DNA of 64,000 nucleotides from Mizuhopecten yessoensis (Eukaryota): NCBI RefSeq assembly GCF_002113885.1, contig NW_018408727.1, positions 28,334 to 92,333 of the forward strand, read 5' to 3'. Shown piece by piece: positions 1 to 11,740 of this stretch (position 1 is its first letter; each line of letters starts with the position of its first letter). The notes under the pieces were generated by a model. It saw only the letters and a program-made list of their open reading frames with translations, ran no database searches and was not told where the DNA came from. The position numbers and the translations under genes were made by a program.

Positions 1-85
1 AGGAATATATTTGAATTATATTTCTCAATGCGACTTTACTTACGTAAGAGTTATTTCCCTTACACCGGATTGGATAATATTTTGA

Positions 86-763
86 NNNNNNNNNNNNNNN
101 NNNNNNNNNNNNNNNNNNNNNNNNNNNNNNNNNNNNNNNNNNNNNNNNNNNNNNNNNNNNNNNNNNNNNNNNNNNNNNNNNNNNNNNNNNNNNNNNNNNN
201 NNNNNNNNNNNNNNNNNNNNNNNNNNNNNNNNNNNNNNNNNNNNNNNNNNNNNNNNNNNNNNNNNNNNNNNNNNNNNNNNNNNNNNNNNNNNNNNNNNNN
301 NNNNNNNNNNNNNNNNNNNNNNNNNNNNNNNNNNNNNNNNNNNNNNNNNNNNNNNNNNNNNNNNNNNNNNNNNNNNNNNNNNNNNNNNNNNNNNNNNNNN
401 NNNNNNNNNNNNNNNNNNNNNNNNNNNNNNNNNNNNNNNNNNNNNNNNNNNNNNNNNNNNNNNNNNNNNNNNNNNNNNNNNNNNNNNNNNNNNNNNNNNN
501 NNNNNNNNNNNNNNNNNNNNNNNNNNNNNNNNNNNNNNNNNNNNNNNNNNNNNNNNNNNNNNNNNNNNNNNNNNNNNNNNNNNNNNNNNNNNNNNNNNNN
601 NNNNNNNNNNNNNNNNNNNNNNNNNNNNNNNNNNNNNNNNNNNNNNNNNNNNNNNNNNNNNNNNNNNNNNNNNNNNNNNNNNNNNNNNNNNNNNNNNNNN
701 NNNNNNNNNNNNNNNNNNNNNNNNNNNNNNNNNNNNNNNNNNNNNNNNNNNNNNNNNNNNNNN
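86..763. other. assembly gap (N run)
   Basis: Run of N. Other gaps: 30997-31943, 50645-50970, 54038-54074. Confidence 0.99.
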
Positions 764-903
764 TTACATGTTTTTATCAATGAACTGTCATCTATTGTAA
801 ATTTTTCTAAAACTCTTGTTAGCCGATAACAGTAAAAAAAAAAATAAGTGTGTAAGAACACCGCCCGAGTGTGAGCAGCTACAGAGCGATATAGATAAAG
901 TAT

Positions 904-1767
904 ATGATTGGTCCACTGCGAGGAAAAATGAATTTTAATTACACTATGAGAGGTGAGAACCTGAAGAAAGAAACGCGTGTGAAAGATCTTGGTGTTTGGC
1001 TGACCTCTTCAATGAGTTTTAGTACTCACATAAGACGTTCTGTTTCCAAATTAATGCAAATGCTCGGTTTTATAAAATGTCCATGTAAAAGTTTTACACA
1101 AATACCTGTTTTAAGGTCTTTATATACAAGTCTTTTCAGGAGTCAGTTAGAATACTGTTGTCAGATCTGGTCTCCTTATCAAACATCTTTAATTCACCAG
1201 GTCAAAGTTGTCAGTGCAATTTTTTGAAACTCATATGTTTTAAGGCACACGTTGACTACAATTCCATGTCTTACGCCGACACTTGGAGGCATTCAAATCT
1301 TCCTACCCTCAAATTAAACATAGGCTGGCATTTTTAGACTGTGTATTTCTTTACAAATGTGTTAATAGTGCTTTTGATTGCCCATATTTTTGCAAGCAAA
1401 TGTGTCTTTAGTCCCTGGTCATAATCTACGATCATTTCGTTTCAACCAGTTTTACTGCCAGAGAAGTAGAATTTATAAACGTTAGAAAGTATAGACATTT
1501 TAAACAGGATTCAATGTAATTTTTACTATCTTGATTTTGCACCAGACTGTGATATGTTTTGTTCCTCTCTCGCACAGTTCAAAGTGTATTGTACTGTTAA
1601 AGAATATTTTCTATCACTGATTCCTTTTGTTTTACATAGGAGTATATTTTATTCTGTGTTACATGCATAACTGACTGCGATATTTTATACATGTGTTGTA
1701 TTGCTGTTATCCATTCTGTAAGTGGACCCTTGGGTCTGTTGAATTGGAAAGAAAGAAAGAAATAAAT
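904..1767 (+). mobile_element. degenerate 3' fragment of a non-LTR retrotransposon (CR1/L2/Jockey-type RT C-terminus)
   Basis: ORF 904-1227 carries VKDLGV and LYTSLFRSQLEYCCQIWSPY, typical of the RT C-terminus (KDLGV; LY.SLVRS.LEY...WSPY). It then frameshifts or stops and ends in a (GAAA)n/AAAT tail near 1747-1767. Confidence 0.8.
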
Positions 1768-3814
1768 AGTATAGGGGCTACAAGCTACACCCACTGTTTA
1801 TCCAAAATTGAAACCCCTTTGCCCAAAGACACTCTAAAACAAATTTGGTTAAAATCCCTCCATTTGTACAGAATTAACAAAGAAGTAAGCTTTTTAAGAT
1901 TGACCTTTATTTTCCGTTAGCTCTAAAAGTGTGTGGTGTGGGTACACACCCTCCATTTATTGGGTCCAATTTCCCCAAAGATCCTCCACGTGCACTGGTA
2001 CAGAAGGTGAAAGATTTTAGCATCACATGTTATTAAAACAATATCTTTGAAATTACAGTTTTAATAATATAATTGGTACTGGACCTGGGAAAATAATGAG
2101 AATGACATAAAATCAACCTTTTTATATTGCCAATTGATCCAAAATTGTTATTAATGTTCACTCTGGTAAATGGGAACTATCATTTCAAATACACAAGTTA
2201 AGTTTACAACCCTGTGGTAAAGTTTCAAACCATAAATAGATTATATTCACAAATTTGATTTTAATTATCTGACCGTGTACCTATATTGAGACAATGTGAC
2301 TAACAGCTATTATGCTATTTAATTATGCAATATCTGAGAATGGGAGTTATAATAGGCCTTATGACCATTGCTCACTTGTTGTGATTTACAACTCTCCCAA
2401 TTGTATATGGACAATGTAATTTGGTACACAGAAGATCTACTGTAGATCTAGAGAAGTCAACAGCTGGGGAAACCGACACAGCGGGACACTACCGATAGCC
2501 GACATCGGCGAGTTGAATGATGGGCCATCAAAGAACATAACACATTACGTCACTTGTAAGGCCCTGTTGCCATTCACGAACGCGAGCTAGGTGGCCGCAT
2601 GATAGCCGCCCCAGGGTCCAGGCAAAGAAACCCAGGGCATAGGGGCTCGGTCTCGGGACACTTTTAGTTAATAATAAACCCATAACGCGTTACACGCCAG
2701 TAAATAAATATTACACATTCTAAATAAAGCCTTGTAAAAATTGAAGGTACCGAGGTTACTTTTTTAAATACCTCGAAACCCTCAATTTTTATAATGCTTT
2801 AGAATGTGTATAAACACAGGATAAAAAAGTGTTGCTGTTATTTACTGTTTTAACTTGACCAAGGGCTCGCCTCCGCGGCGTGTCGTCCGTCACGATTGCC
2901 GTTGAACATTTGACTGCGGTCAAAATAGTATCAAAACCTTTTTAACGTAAAGCAGTTCTGTCACTATTAACAATATGCTAAAACCACACCAATTAAGTGA
3001 GCTGGCAATATCTATAGGCTATATATATATCGAGTGCAGCGACTGGACAAACAAAACGCCAATGATTGCAGCATGATTCGCACGATTTGATGACAAACCG
3101 CGGGAACGACTGTCAGTGTCAAGATCATTAGATGTCTACGAGATTCAACTTTTCATTTTAACCAACAGGCGAAAACACAATTATATATTGACTCAATGTG
3201 CATTTATCCTTACCTTTGGGTTTGTCATCCTGGTCATACCGATGAGCCATCTTGCTGCAGTTCTGCGCGCTGTCCCAATCAAAGTAAGCGAAAAAGTAAC
3301 GAACCACTTGTTGACCACGTGACAATCGTTAGCTGAGGTTCCAGCGGGGTAATTATTCATGTAGGCACGGGGCGCATAAGGGAAAACTATGCTACCAGCA
3401 TGAAGATTGCATTTCACTATTTTCCTTACTTAAATATATATTAAAGATGTACTAACGCTGATTTGATGTAATTTAAGTATTGTAGTGCTTTTCTTTTTGT
3501 GAAACCAGAGATGTACAAATTATATTTTAAAAAGACAGTAACGATTTTAGCAACATTGAGTCAAATCCTCTAAATTGGCGTTGAATTGTCTTCATTGTGG
3601 TTAGCACACATTAGAAATATAACTCTGCCTATCGAAATTAAATGTGGGCATACAAAACATATATGATGTTTTATTTACTTTACCAACTTCGAAATATCTT
3701 TTTGTGTGTGTGTTTTTTTTATCTTTGTTGGATACAAATATTTTTGGAATCGTATTTATAAGCTCAAACAGGGAAACTGAAAATTGATTTTTCTTTAAAA
3801 TCAAACTTAACGTT

Positions 3815-4145
3815 ACATGAGCTTCTCTATCATATGATTTTTTAAGAAATGAGTCTAAGAATTTTTCAATTTAGCGAGCCTCTGGCAAGCTAAATGAAAA
3901 ATTCGTGACGATCGAGTTTCATGTATTTCATATGAAATGAAAACGAATGTAAGATCCTTTTTATCATATAATCAAGTTTTGTGGCATGTATATTCGTCGT
4001 GTAAAACGACAATTTTCATGCAACCTTGAAATGTAAAAAGTCGCAATTTGAACTCCAGCGCGTAAGTCTGTGACGTCACAATTAAAACAATTGAAACTTA
4101 CAACCAATCACAGGGCTGATACGCAAAAAAATATGACATGGGTAC
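3815..4145 (+). repeat. dispersed repeat (non-autonomous element), copy 1; copy 2 at about 28314-28670
   Basis: Shared blocks gagtctaagaatttttca, aaaattcgtgacga, gtgtaaaacgacaattttcatgcaa, gaaacttacaaccaatcacagggctgata and aaatatgacatgggta occur in the same order at both loci. Confidence 0.8.
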
Positions 4146-4286
4146 ACATTATTTGTTAAATATAATTATGTAATTGTCCCCATTACACGTGACTCTGAAA
4201 TCCTGACCCGACCTCAATTTTGGACAGTAACGTGCATCCGTTGGAAGGTTTAACAAGGACATATCGAACAGTTAATTGTGTGTTTG

Positions 4287-4332
4287 GTTGTACCACGGAC
4301 TTAGATAATCTAATCTAATTCCGTGGTTGTAC
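4287..4332. mobile_element. 32-bp palindromic mini-element or footprint with perfect 7-bp TSD
   Basis: gttgtac|CACGGActtagataatctaatctaatTCCGTG|gttgtac. Confidence 0.6.
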
Positions 4333-4731
4333 ATTTTTACCTTTAAGATGGTGATCCACCTCAACCGGTCACATGGAACGTGTAACAAATGTGTCTCACA
4401 AAAGCTTGACCTGATCTATTAAGTTTGAGTTGTTGGTTGTACATTTAAGATGTTGACCTTTGATAGATAATCTAACGAATACTGAATATCTCATGGAAGT
4501 TTGACCGGGGAGGTGTGTGTGTATTATATACAAATGGCCATTAACAGAGTTTAGGAGGAAATGTTATTATATATATATACGACGGATCAGTGAAGCATGT
4601 CAGATGAGACAGTCGGACCCGTGGTTCTAAGCAATGCGAGCAGCACCATCACCTCAATATACAGACCTTTTTCGACTGTGGTATGAATTCTACAAAGTTA
4701 AGGATACTTTTAAAACTTTGACTTACTTTAC

Positions 4732-4768
4732 CTCCCGTCAGAGACGTATAATACGTCTCTGTTCCCGT
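4732..4768. mobile_element. 23-bp palindromic mini-element or footprint with 7-bp TSD
   Basis: ctcccgt|CAGAGACGTAtaaTACGTCTCTG|ttcccgt. Related copies at 4868-4906 and 5665-5717. Confidence 0.6.
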
Positions 4769-7218
4769 GTACAGTAAATTACGTGTTACAAGGACTCAGA
4801 ATTCTAGATCTTCGACTTAAAAATAAGTTTTAACAAAATCTTGTTTTAAAAGATATCTCTGGTGTGCGTGTAGGTAGAGGGGTATATATTACGTCTCTGA
4901 TGTAGGGAATTAAAATTATCATTTAGGACAAAATTTGAGGTCTATTGCGTTTTGAATGCCATGCATATATATTAGACTCTTTATCTGGCATACATTAGTA
5001 ATTAAACTGTCTAGATAGTAAGCTAGCAATAAAGTGTTACCAAAATTCTTGTAATGAATACTATTCTTCCCTTCAACAAAACCCCAATGGACATAGTTTA
5101 GATACCCCATGAAAGCCGAATAGAAAATAAAATTGAAAAATTTCCGTATAAAACCCGCAGATGAATGTGTGTGTAACTGGCAAACGTAATACAAAAAACT
5201 ACCTCAAATTCTCAAAAAATGAAATTTTTATTAAATATTTTTTTACTAAACTTAGATAAAGTGAGTCAGACAGTTTGCTGGGTAGGAGTCGCTGATAACG
5301 ACGTTAAATGTTGTAAGAGTTGTTTCCCCTGAACCAGCAAAGCTAGTTTTTGGTATTTACCATCAGTCTACGCCTATTATCGAAAATTATCGAAAGAAAT
5401 TACTTGCATTGAAATGTTTATACTGCATGTTTATCTATAGATACATAACATCTATGTGTTTGTATATCTCTGGTATTACTGTACACTTATGCTGGTAAAG
5501 CAAATGGAATCTAAAAAAAGTGCATACGAATTTTCACACTGATATTTCCGTGCCATTCACATGGAAAGGGATTCGTGTTCTACTGTTTTTATATGACTTA
5601 TACTATGCATACAACCCTTGATGCGAGTTTTGCGAAAAAGTATAAGCAATGCACATAATAATATCTAAAATCAGAGACGTATATATTACAATATAATATA
5701 TACGTCTATGCTGGAATTAATTGAAAAAATGAGGTGCAGAAAGGAATTACGATTCCGCATTGCGGCATCGGTTTGATGTCATGCACGTGAACTGGGGTGT
5801 ACGATATATATTTCTTTCCCCGGACAATTGCGAGAAATACGCACAGGAATGAGAGAGACAGATTTCTCTTACCCATCCCGTAGGTTTGAGAAGAGAGAGT
5901 CCCCGGCCAGTCCTAAAGAAATGCATGACATTATTGAACCTCTTTGTCGAGAGATTGGTAAGCTGAACGTGCCCTGCACATCATTAATTGTGGCCTGTGG
6001 TGGAAATGATGGAATTATTACGTCATACAGCATGCAGATTTTCCCGTCACTGTCACGACTTTCCATGCGACGCCTGGGCCAAATTTATGTCAATAAATTG
6101 GCATTTCACAGCAATACGAAAGTCAAAGCTATATGCTTATATGTATTCTATCATGTGAGGCTGTTAGTGTGTAAATATAAAACAGCAATGCGGTTTACCC
6201 AGTGTTCGCAAAAATTGAGAGATACGATATCTTTTTTTTCTATCCCTCCCAAAAGTAACTTTCTGCCATTTAAATTGTTTGTAATTGTTTTTTCCATTTT
6301 CGTCCAATTATGAATTTCATCAGCCGGAGAGCCCTTCCATTGAATTGTGGTTAATATACACCTCATAGTTCCAGAGAAGTAGCTTAAAACAAATGGCAAT
6401 GTCACAGGGACCTGGGAATTTTTAAGCTATATTTGGATCTAAGCAATGATTTTTAGAAAAATTTGAGACGTCGGTAAATACCATCATTGGGGGACAGTGT
6501 CATTTTACCTCAAATTGACCTAAACCCCTAAAACGTGTCAAATTACTCTGAACATCTTAGTTTAGTCCGAATATAGCAGTACCCAATTCTCAGGTGCCTG
6601 TGGGCCAAATTACATACCCCTTCTAGTCACCACATTAGGACATTTCCAGTAAAACTTGGTGAAATTCCATTCAGGGGATTCATAAGAAGTTTGAAGAATA
6701 TATTGACAGACAACTGACAACACCGCAGTTTGGCATACTAAAAGAGAATTGTCGTCTTGCAATTTAATTGATATCCACCGACTGCTTCAAACCGTCTCTT
6801 AACAACAAACAAATCTAACTCCCATACTTTATAAACATTCCCTTTCATTATCTTTAATCTTCTCTTCTCTTGGCCTAGCACCCAACGATCACATGACATG
6901 ATCTTCAAATAGATGAATGTGGTCATTACTATGTAGATGTAGATTAGAAATGTAGCTCTCGATGTCGAAATGTCGACCCCACCTAATTTAACTCTCTTGC
7001 ATCAAAAACAGCATTTCTAGTTGATCTACGGCAAATGCTTAGTACCGTTGGAAAGATGGATAGTTTCTTTTTAAAAAGTTAAACCTCCTACATGCACGTA
7101 AAATGTATTCTCCTTCCGCGGACATGAACTCCGTTTCCTCCAGAAACACGCCATTTCAGAGTTTCAAAGTTTTTCGCAGTCAGCCATATATGTGCACTTT
7201 TTTGAATACTAATGAGGT

Positions 7219-7411
7219 TGACGTCAGCTGCGTATCGAGACCCTTGGCGTGATTGGCTGGAAGTGCAGCGATTTTTTCGCTTAAGCAACAAGTTTTTCTC
7301 ATATACCAAAAGATAAAACAATTGTATATATCGTCTGACATCACAAATATATTATCATTCATCCATTTAATGTTTGATAATTCGTTATCGGAGATAAACC
7401 GTGTAACAGGT
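7219..7411 (+). promoter_or_regulatory. putative promoter and non-coding first exon of the HYD1-type ART gene
   Basis: CRE palindrome TGACGTCA at 7219-7226, reverse CCAAT (ATTGG) at 7252-7256, candidate donor CAG|GTAAAT at 7410, candidate acceptors at 7543 or 7619. Confidence 0.4.
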
Positions 7412-7632
7412 AAATGCTGTTATTACTTTATGATAAAGATATGCATATATGCTATAAATAACCTGTTCAGTTTTTTGAAAATTTTCACTTTCGATTCGTG
7501 GAACTATCTAAGTTTAACTTTTATCATTAAGTGTTATTTGTAGAATATCCATTTTTTCTTCAAAGCATACACAGATCAAGTGGACAACGACTAGTTTATC
7601 GTCACTTTTTCGCTTATAGTTTGGACAGCAGC

Positions 7633-8772
7633 ATGATGGCTTTCTATCCGGGTGTGTCCAAAGGTAAGGATAATAAGTTTTTGACTTTACGTAGTTACTA
7701 GATGACCCATCATTTAACTGACATATCGGCTCGATATCTGAGGTTTTAGCTGTGTGGATGTTCTCAGCTGGTGGCTTGCTCCTCTCTGCACGAAAGTGCC
7801 CATTCAGCTTGGGAGACGTAATTCAAAGCAAGCGAGCAAACTTAGCACAAATATTAAGATATGTTATAGTGTATGTTATAGACGCTCACCCATTCACCAT
7901 CATAATATAAGTACTATAATTAGATATTCGTAGCATTCTTGTTTATTTACATATGAGGAAAATAAAACAACAACCTGTTAAGAGTCATGTTTGGGCGAAA
8001 TCTTTTAACATATATGGTTAAAATTTCAAAATATTAGAAANCAAATTACAAAGAAAACAAAAACAGAGAAAAACATGTCCAAATCATCTTTATTTACACA
8101 GGAATATATCTTAAACCTGATGCAGGAGCTTTCGTTTTATTGCACTGATTCCCCTCCATCCTCTGTCCCAACCACGTCGATTTGCTCCTTGCCTTTTATC
8201 TGCTGGAATATGTACATTCCTCCTTCTTCCAAAAATCACCTACTTTAAATGTTATTGCCAGCAAATTCAATGTTATCGTTGGCAAATTTTAAACCTGCCA
8301 CCTAAGCTAGCGAAAAAGGACCAATCTACGTCTTCCTTTGTCATTATGTTACAATTGACAAATTGTCTGTTTTATTCTTGTAGGTCCTACCACCTACTAT
8401 CACCACACAACCGTAGACGGTGCTAAGGCTATAAGACAGGACGGTGTCATCCGTCGGTCAACTGAGAGCGGAGGTGACGCAAAATTTGGAAGCGGCACCT
8501 ACTTAACTCTACTTGGGCCCCAATATCCAGCTATAGTGATTGCAAACAATAACTGGGATGGTTTATCGCTTACTCAAATTGCAGGGCGAACTGATGCCGT
8601 GATCGAAATAGAAATGCCAGCACAAGAGGCTGACAAAGTGGAAAAACTACAGAGTTCTCGAGACCTCCATCTATATCCGGGGGACCTCATATTGAAGAAC
8701 AAAAATTACACTATCTACATCAGGGACGAGAATGGCACGGCACTGGTATACACTCAAGTATCAGCTCGATGA
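7633..8772 (+). CDS. Tox-ART-HYD1-like (H-Y-D) ADP-ribosyltransferase domain protein, 139 aa, 2 coding exons
   Basis: Exons 7633-7663 (ATG...AAAG|gtaagg) and 8384-8772 (ttcttgtag|GT), phase 1, stop TGA. Translation: MMAFYPGVSKGPTTYYHHTTVDGAKAIRQDGVIRRSTESGGDAKFGSGTYLTLLGPQYPAIVIANNNWDGLSLTQIAGRTDAVIEIEMPAQEADKVEKLQSSRDLHLYPGDLILKNKNYTIYIRDENGTALVYTQVSAR. Motifs YH.T...G...I...G.I..S, DA.FG.G.YLT.L.P, IA.NNWD and D..IEI match the HYD1 pattern as I recall it. Confidence 0.75.
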
Positions 8773-10432
8773 TCTGGACTTTTTTGGTTTAATGACGGAC
8801 GATGAAATACTAGTCAAAAAGCTATTGATTAATGCACAACGTTATGCACAATATGCAGAGTATTACATTATAGACTCATTGATAAGTAAATGTAATTTAG
8901 GAGAGATTATTATCTAGTTTAAGTTTTTGTTATTAGAAGTCAAGTTTGTTGCAACCATTTCGGATTGATCGTAGCCATCTCCGAACGGTGAATCTTTGTT
9001 ACCACCTTTTTAATATTCGGGATGCTACTATGTTTGTGTACGTGTCAAAAGTCGTTTCCCCATCAGCTACTGCAGTTGACTTAATACCATCATATTATAG
9101 TTGGATCAAGTATATTATGTTTCGAGGGATACAACGCTGAATTAAAACTGTCGCTATTTTCTTTTTTATCTACGGTCGTGTTTCGGTCGTTCCTTCTTCA
9201 CGAACTAATCACCTGCCATCATTCTGATTCTGTGAATGGACTTATTCTGGCTAATCTATTATGAAGAAATTGCTGCGTATTCTCCAATTTAAATGCTACA
9301 TGATTACAGACCCTTAGAATGAAATTGTGACTGTCAAATCTTTTTTTTATTTTCAAATTTGATAATCTTGATCAACAAAACAACAGAACAAATTATTATA
9401 TATTGTTTTCTTGTATGTCTTCGGTTTTTATACCAGGATGGTCAACATACATTAATCCTGACAGGTAAATCGACAGTTTTATGCATAGAGAAAAGATTCA
9501 TGAAATAACTACAATGAACAACACAATTATATCTATACACTTCACGAAGACGAAAAAACCCTTCAGATGTTTTAGGTCTTGTTGCTAGACAGGCAGATTT
9601 CAATGTAGACTACAAACAGCAATGTATGCTGATCGATGGTTAAGAAACATTTCAAAATTAGAATTTGCGACATGACAAAAAAAAACATTAATAAGGAATA
9701 TTTATTGTACGGTGATTGATTGAAGACATCTGAATTTTTTTTAGCTCGCTGTAACAACTTAGCATCTCATTTTATCGAGCTAGTATCTAGTTTTAACGAC
9801 CAAGTATCGCGTTAAAACGAGATATTGTCTCGTAACAACGACATTCTATCTCGTTATAACGAGACAGTATCTCGTTACAACCGATTTATCTATAAGTTTA
9901 TTTTACAGTATACATAGTTCATTTCCAAATTATTAGTTAACTGCATACAAGCCAACAACGAATAAATTAAACGTACATCGTCACTTACACGTACAACGTA
10001 TATCAACCCTATACTTGTGTCATTTGTTATAGCCGAGTTATACATGTTACAGGTGAAATTTACCTAAATGGGCAAGTAAGGAACTGATATGAATTTCTAT
10101 TTACGCTCTTCATCAAACTAACGATATAAAATAATCATTTAGATATCTTCAATCACCATATTATTGCATTTGCTATTCTATTTAACAGAATTTGAGTACT
10201 CAAATGTCTTATCCTTTCAATCTATATATTTTCACAAACAATGGTGTCGTCTCCCTTGGTGCTGAAAGGCTGAACTAGCAAATTGCAATACTATTTCGTT
10301 TGGAAATATTTTACATAATTGCTTAANTTATTAAAAAAGACTACGTATTAAACATTTAAAAAAGATGCATGATGTTTAATCTTTACAATGCATTCGAGGT
10401 TTTACATAGACCATAAGATGAAACAGTTGTAG

Positions 10433-10635
10433 ATATCATCTGACATCACAAATATATTATCATTCATCCAACTATTCAGTATTTCATAATTCGTTATCAG
10501 AGCTAACGGAGAAACAGGGCAACACTGTGGTCATCTGAGTATGTCTATTTGCTAAAAATAACCTGTCATGATTTGTGGAAATGTTTACTATCGATTCGTG
10601 GAACTGTTGAAGTTTCATTTTCACTTGAATGCTAT
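10433..10635 (+). pseudogene. diverged duplicate of the 5' non-coding region of the ART gene (about 7327-7545)
   Basis: Identical tctgacatcacaaatatattatcattcatcca, followed by colinear ataattcgttatc, aaataacctgt and tcgattcgtggaact. Splice signals are lost and no coding exon follows. Confidence 0.6.
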
Positions 10636-11530
10636 CTGATATTACTGCGCAGTATATTATTAAGTTACAGAGGGCATCGGTACACCACTTGAAGAGATGA
10701 CAAGTTACGGTCACCCTTAACCGAAATACAAAACACGCATAGCAAAACTATCGATGAAACACCGAATACATATTGAATGCATACTGACATTTTCTGTGTT
10801 TATGCCATGACTACCTTGCTTAGTCATTAATTACACTTCACTTTTATCATAACTGATGTCAAAGGATACTTATTGTTGATCTTTTACACCCTCCTGAACT
10901 TGAAAAATATAGAATGTGAAGACTCTTCTTCATCATGAATTTGCTTCGATCATTTCTTACCAGTTACCACATGACAAGTGTGCTTATTTCAAAACACGAA
11001 GGAATTACATTGAAGACTGCACCAGTCATTGGGAAAAACGTTACACTGGTTAAAACTATTAGGCCACTTTTCTTAAAAGAATTACTTCATGAATTAGCTT
11101 CATGAAATTCAAAATGAAAACCAAATATCTGTATTTCGTTACCCGAATGTCTAACCACTTTCACTCATCTGCATGACAAGTATTTCATATTGTTGGTTAA
11201 CAAAGCACCTAAGAAATTGACGCTCGGTTGAAGATACTATTTCATATTTTATTTGCATAAAAGAACCACACTTGCTTGATTACTAAGGAAATTCTGCAAA
11301 TTTTCGAAAGACTAAATAGTACCTAGCAATGCTTCTGTTTGGTACCTTTTCCTAATGCGAGTTAACGATCCGAATACGGACTTGCCTCGTTTGTAATGGA
11401 TTCAAAATCTTCAAAGGGCTGCTTGTTATGAACGTTTCAATAATTATATGATGATAACGGTCGCATTCTGAAAATGTATACTGCAAAAATGGAATTAATG
11501 TGATGTAAAGTTTTTATGTTGTAACTCTAA

Positions 11531-11740
11531 TATGGAAAGCCAAATTAATATATATTCAATTAATTGTACATATCTTCAAATAATTGAATATAGGTACAAT
11601 TCAATTGAAGATAGGTTCAATTCGGCATACTTGAACCTTTCTAAATTGAATTGCACCTTTCTTAAATTGAATTGCACCTATATTCAATTATTTGAAGATA
11701 GGTGCCATTATTTGAATATATGTTTATTTGGCGTTCAATA
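11531..11740. mobile_element. MITE with about 29-bp imperfect TIRs and internal about 22-bp repeats
   Basis: Left end tatggaaagccaaattaatatatattcaa versus reverse complement of the right end tattgaacgccaaataaacatatattcaa; internal aattgaa-based units. Confidence 0.65.

Noticed and set aside
28-861. Long ORFs made of X (also at 30987-32004 and 50610-51018)
   Set aside because: Artefacts of N gaps.
5828-6313. 161-aa ORF
   Set aside because: Non-ATG start, no recognisable motif or splice context; probably repeat-derived non-coding DNA.
8732-8917. 61-aa ORF overlapping the ART stop, considered as a possible immunity partner
   Set aside because: Out of frame in the probable 3' UTR of a spliced eukaryotic gene, with no motif support.
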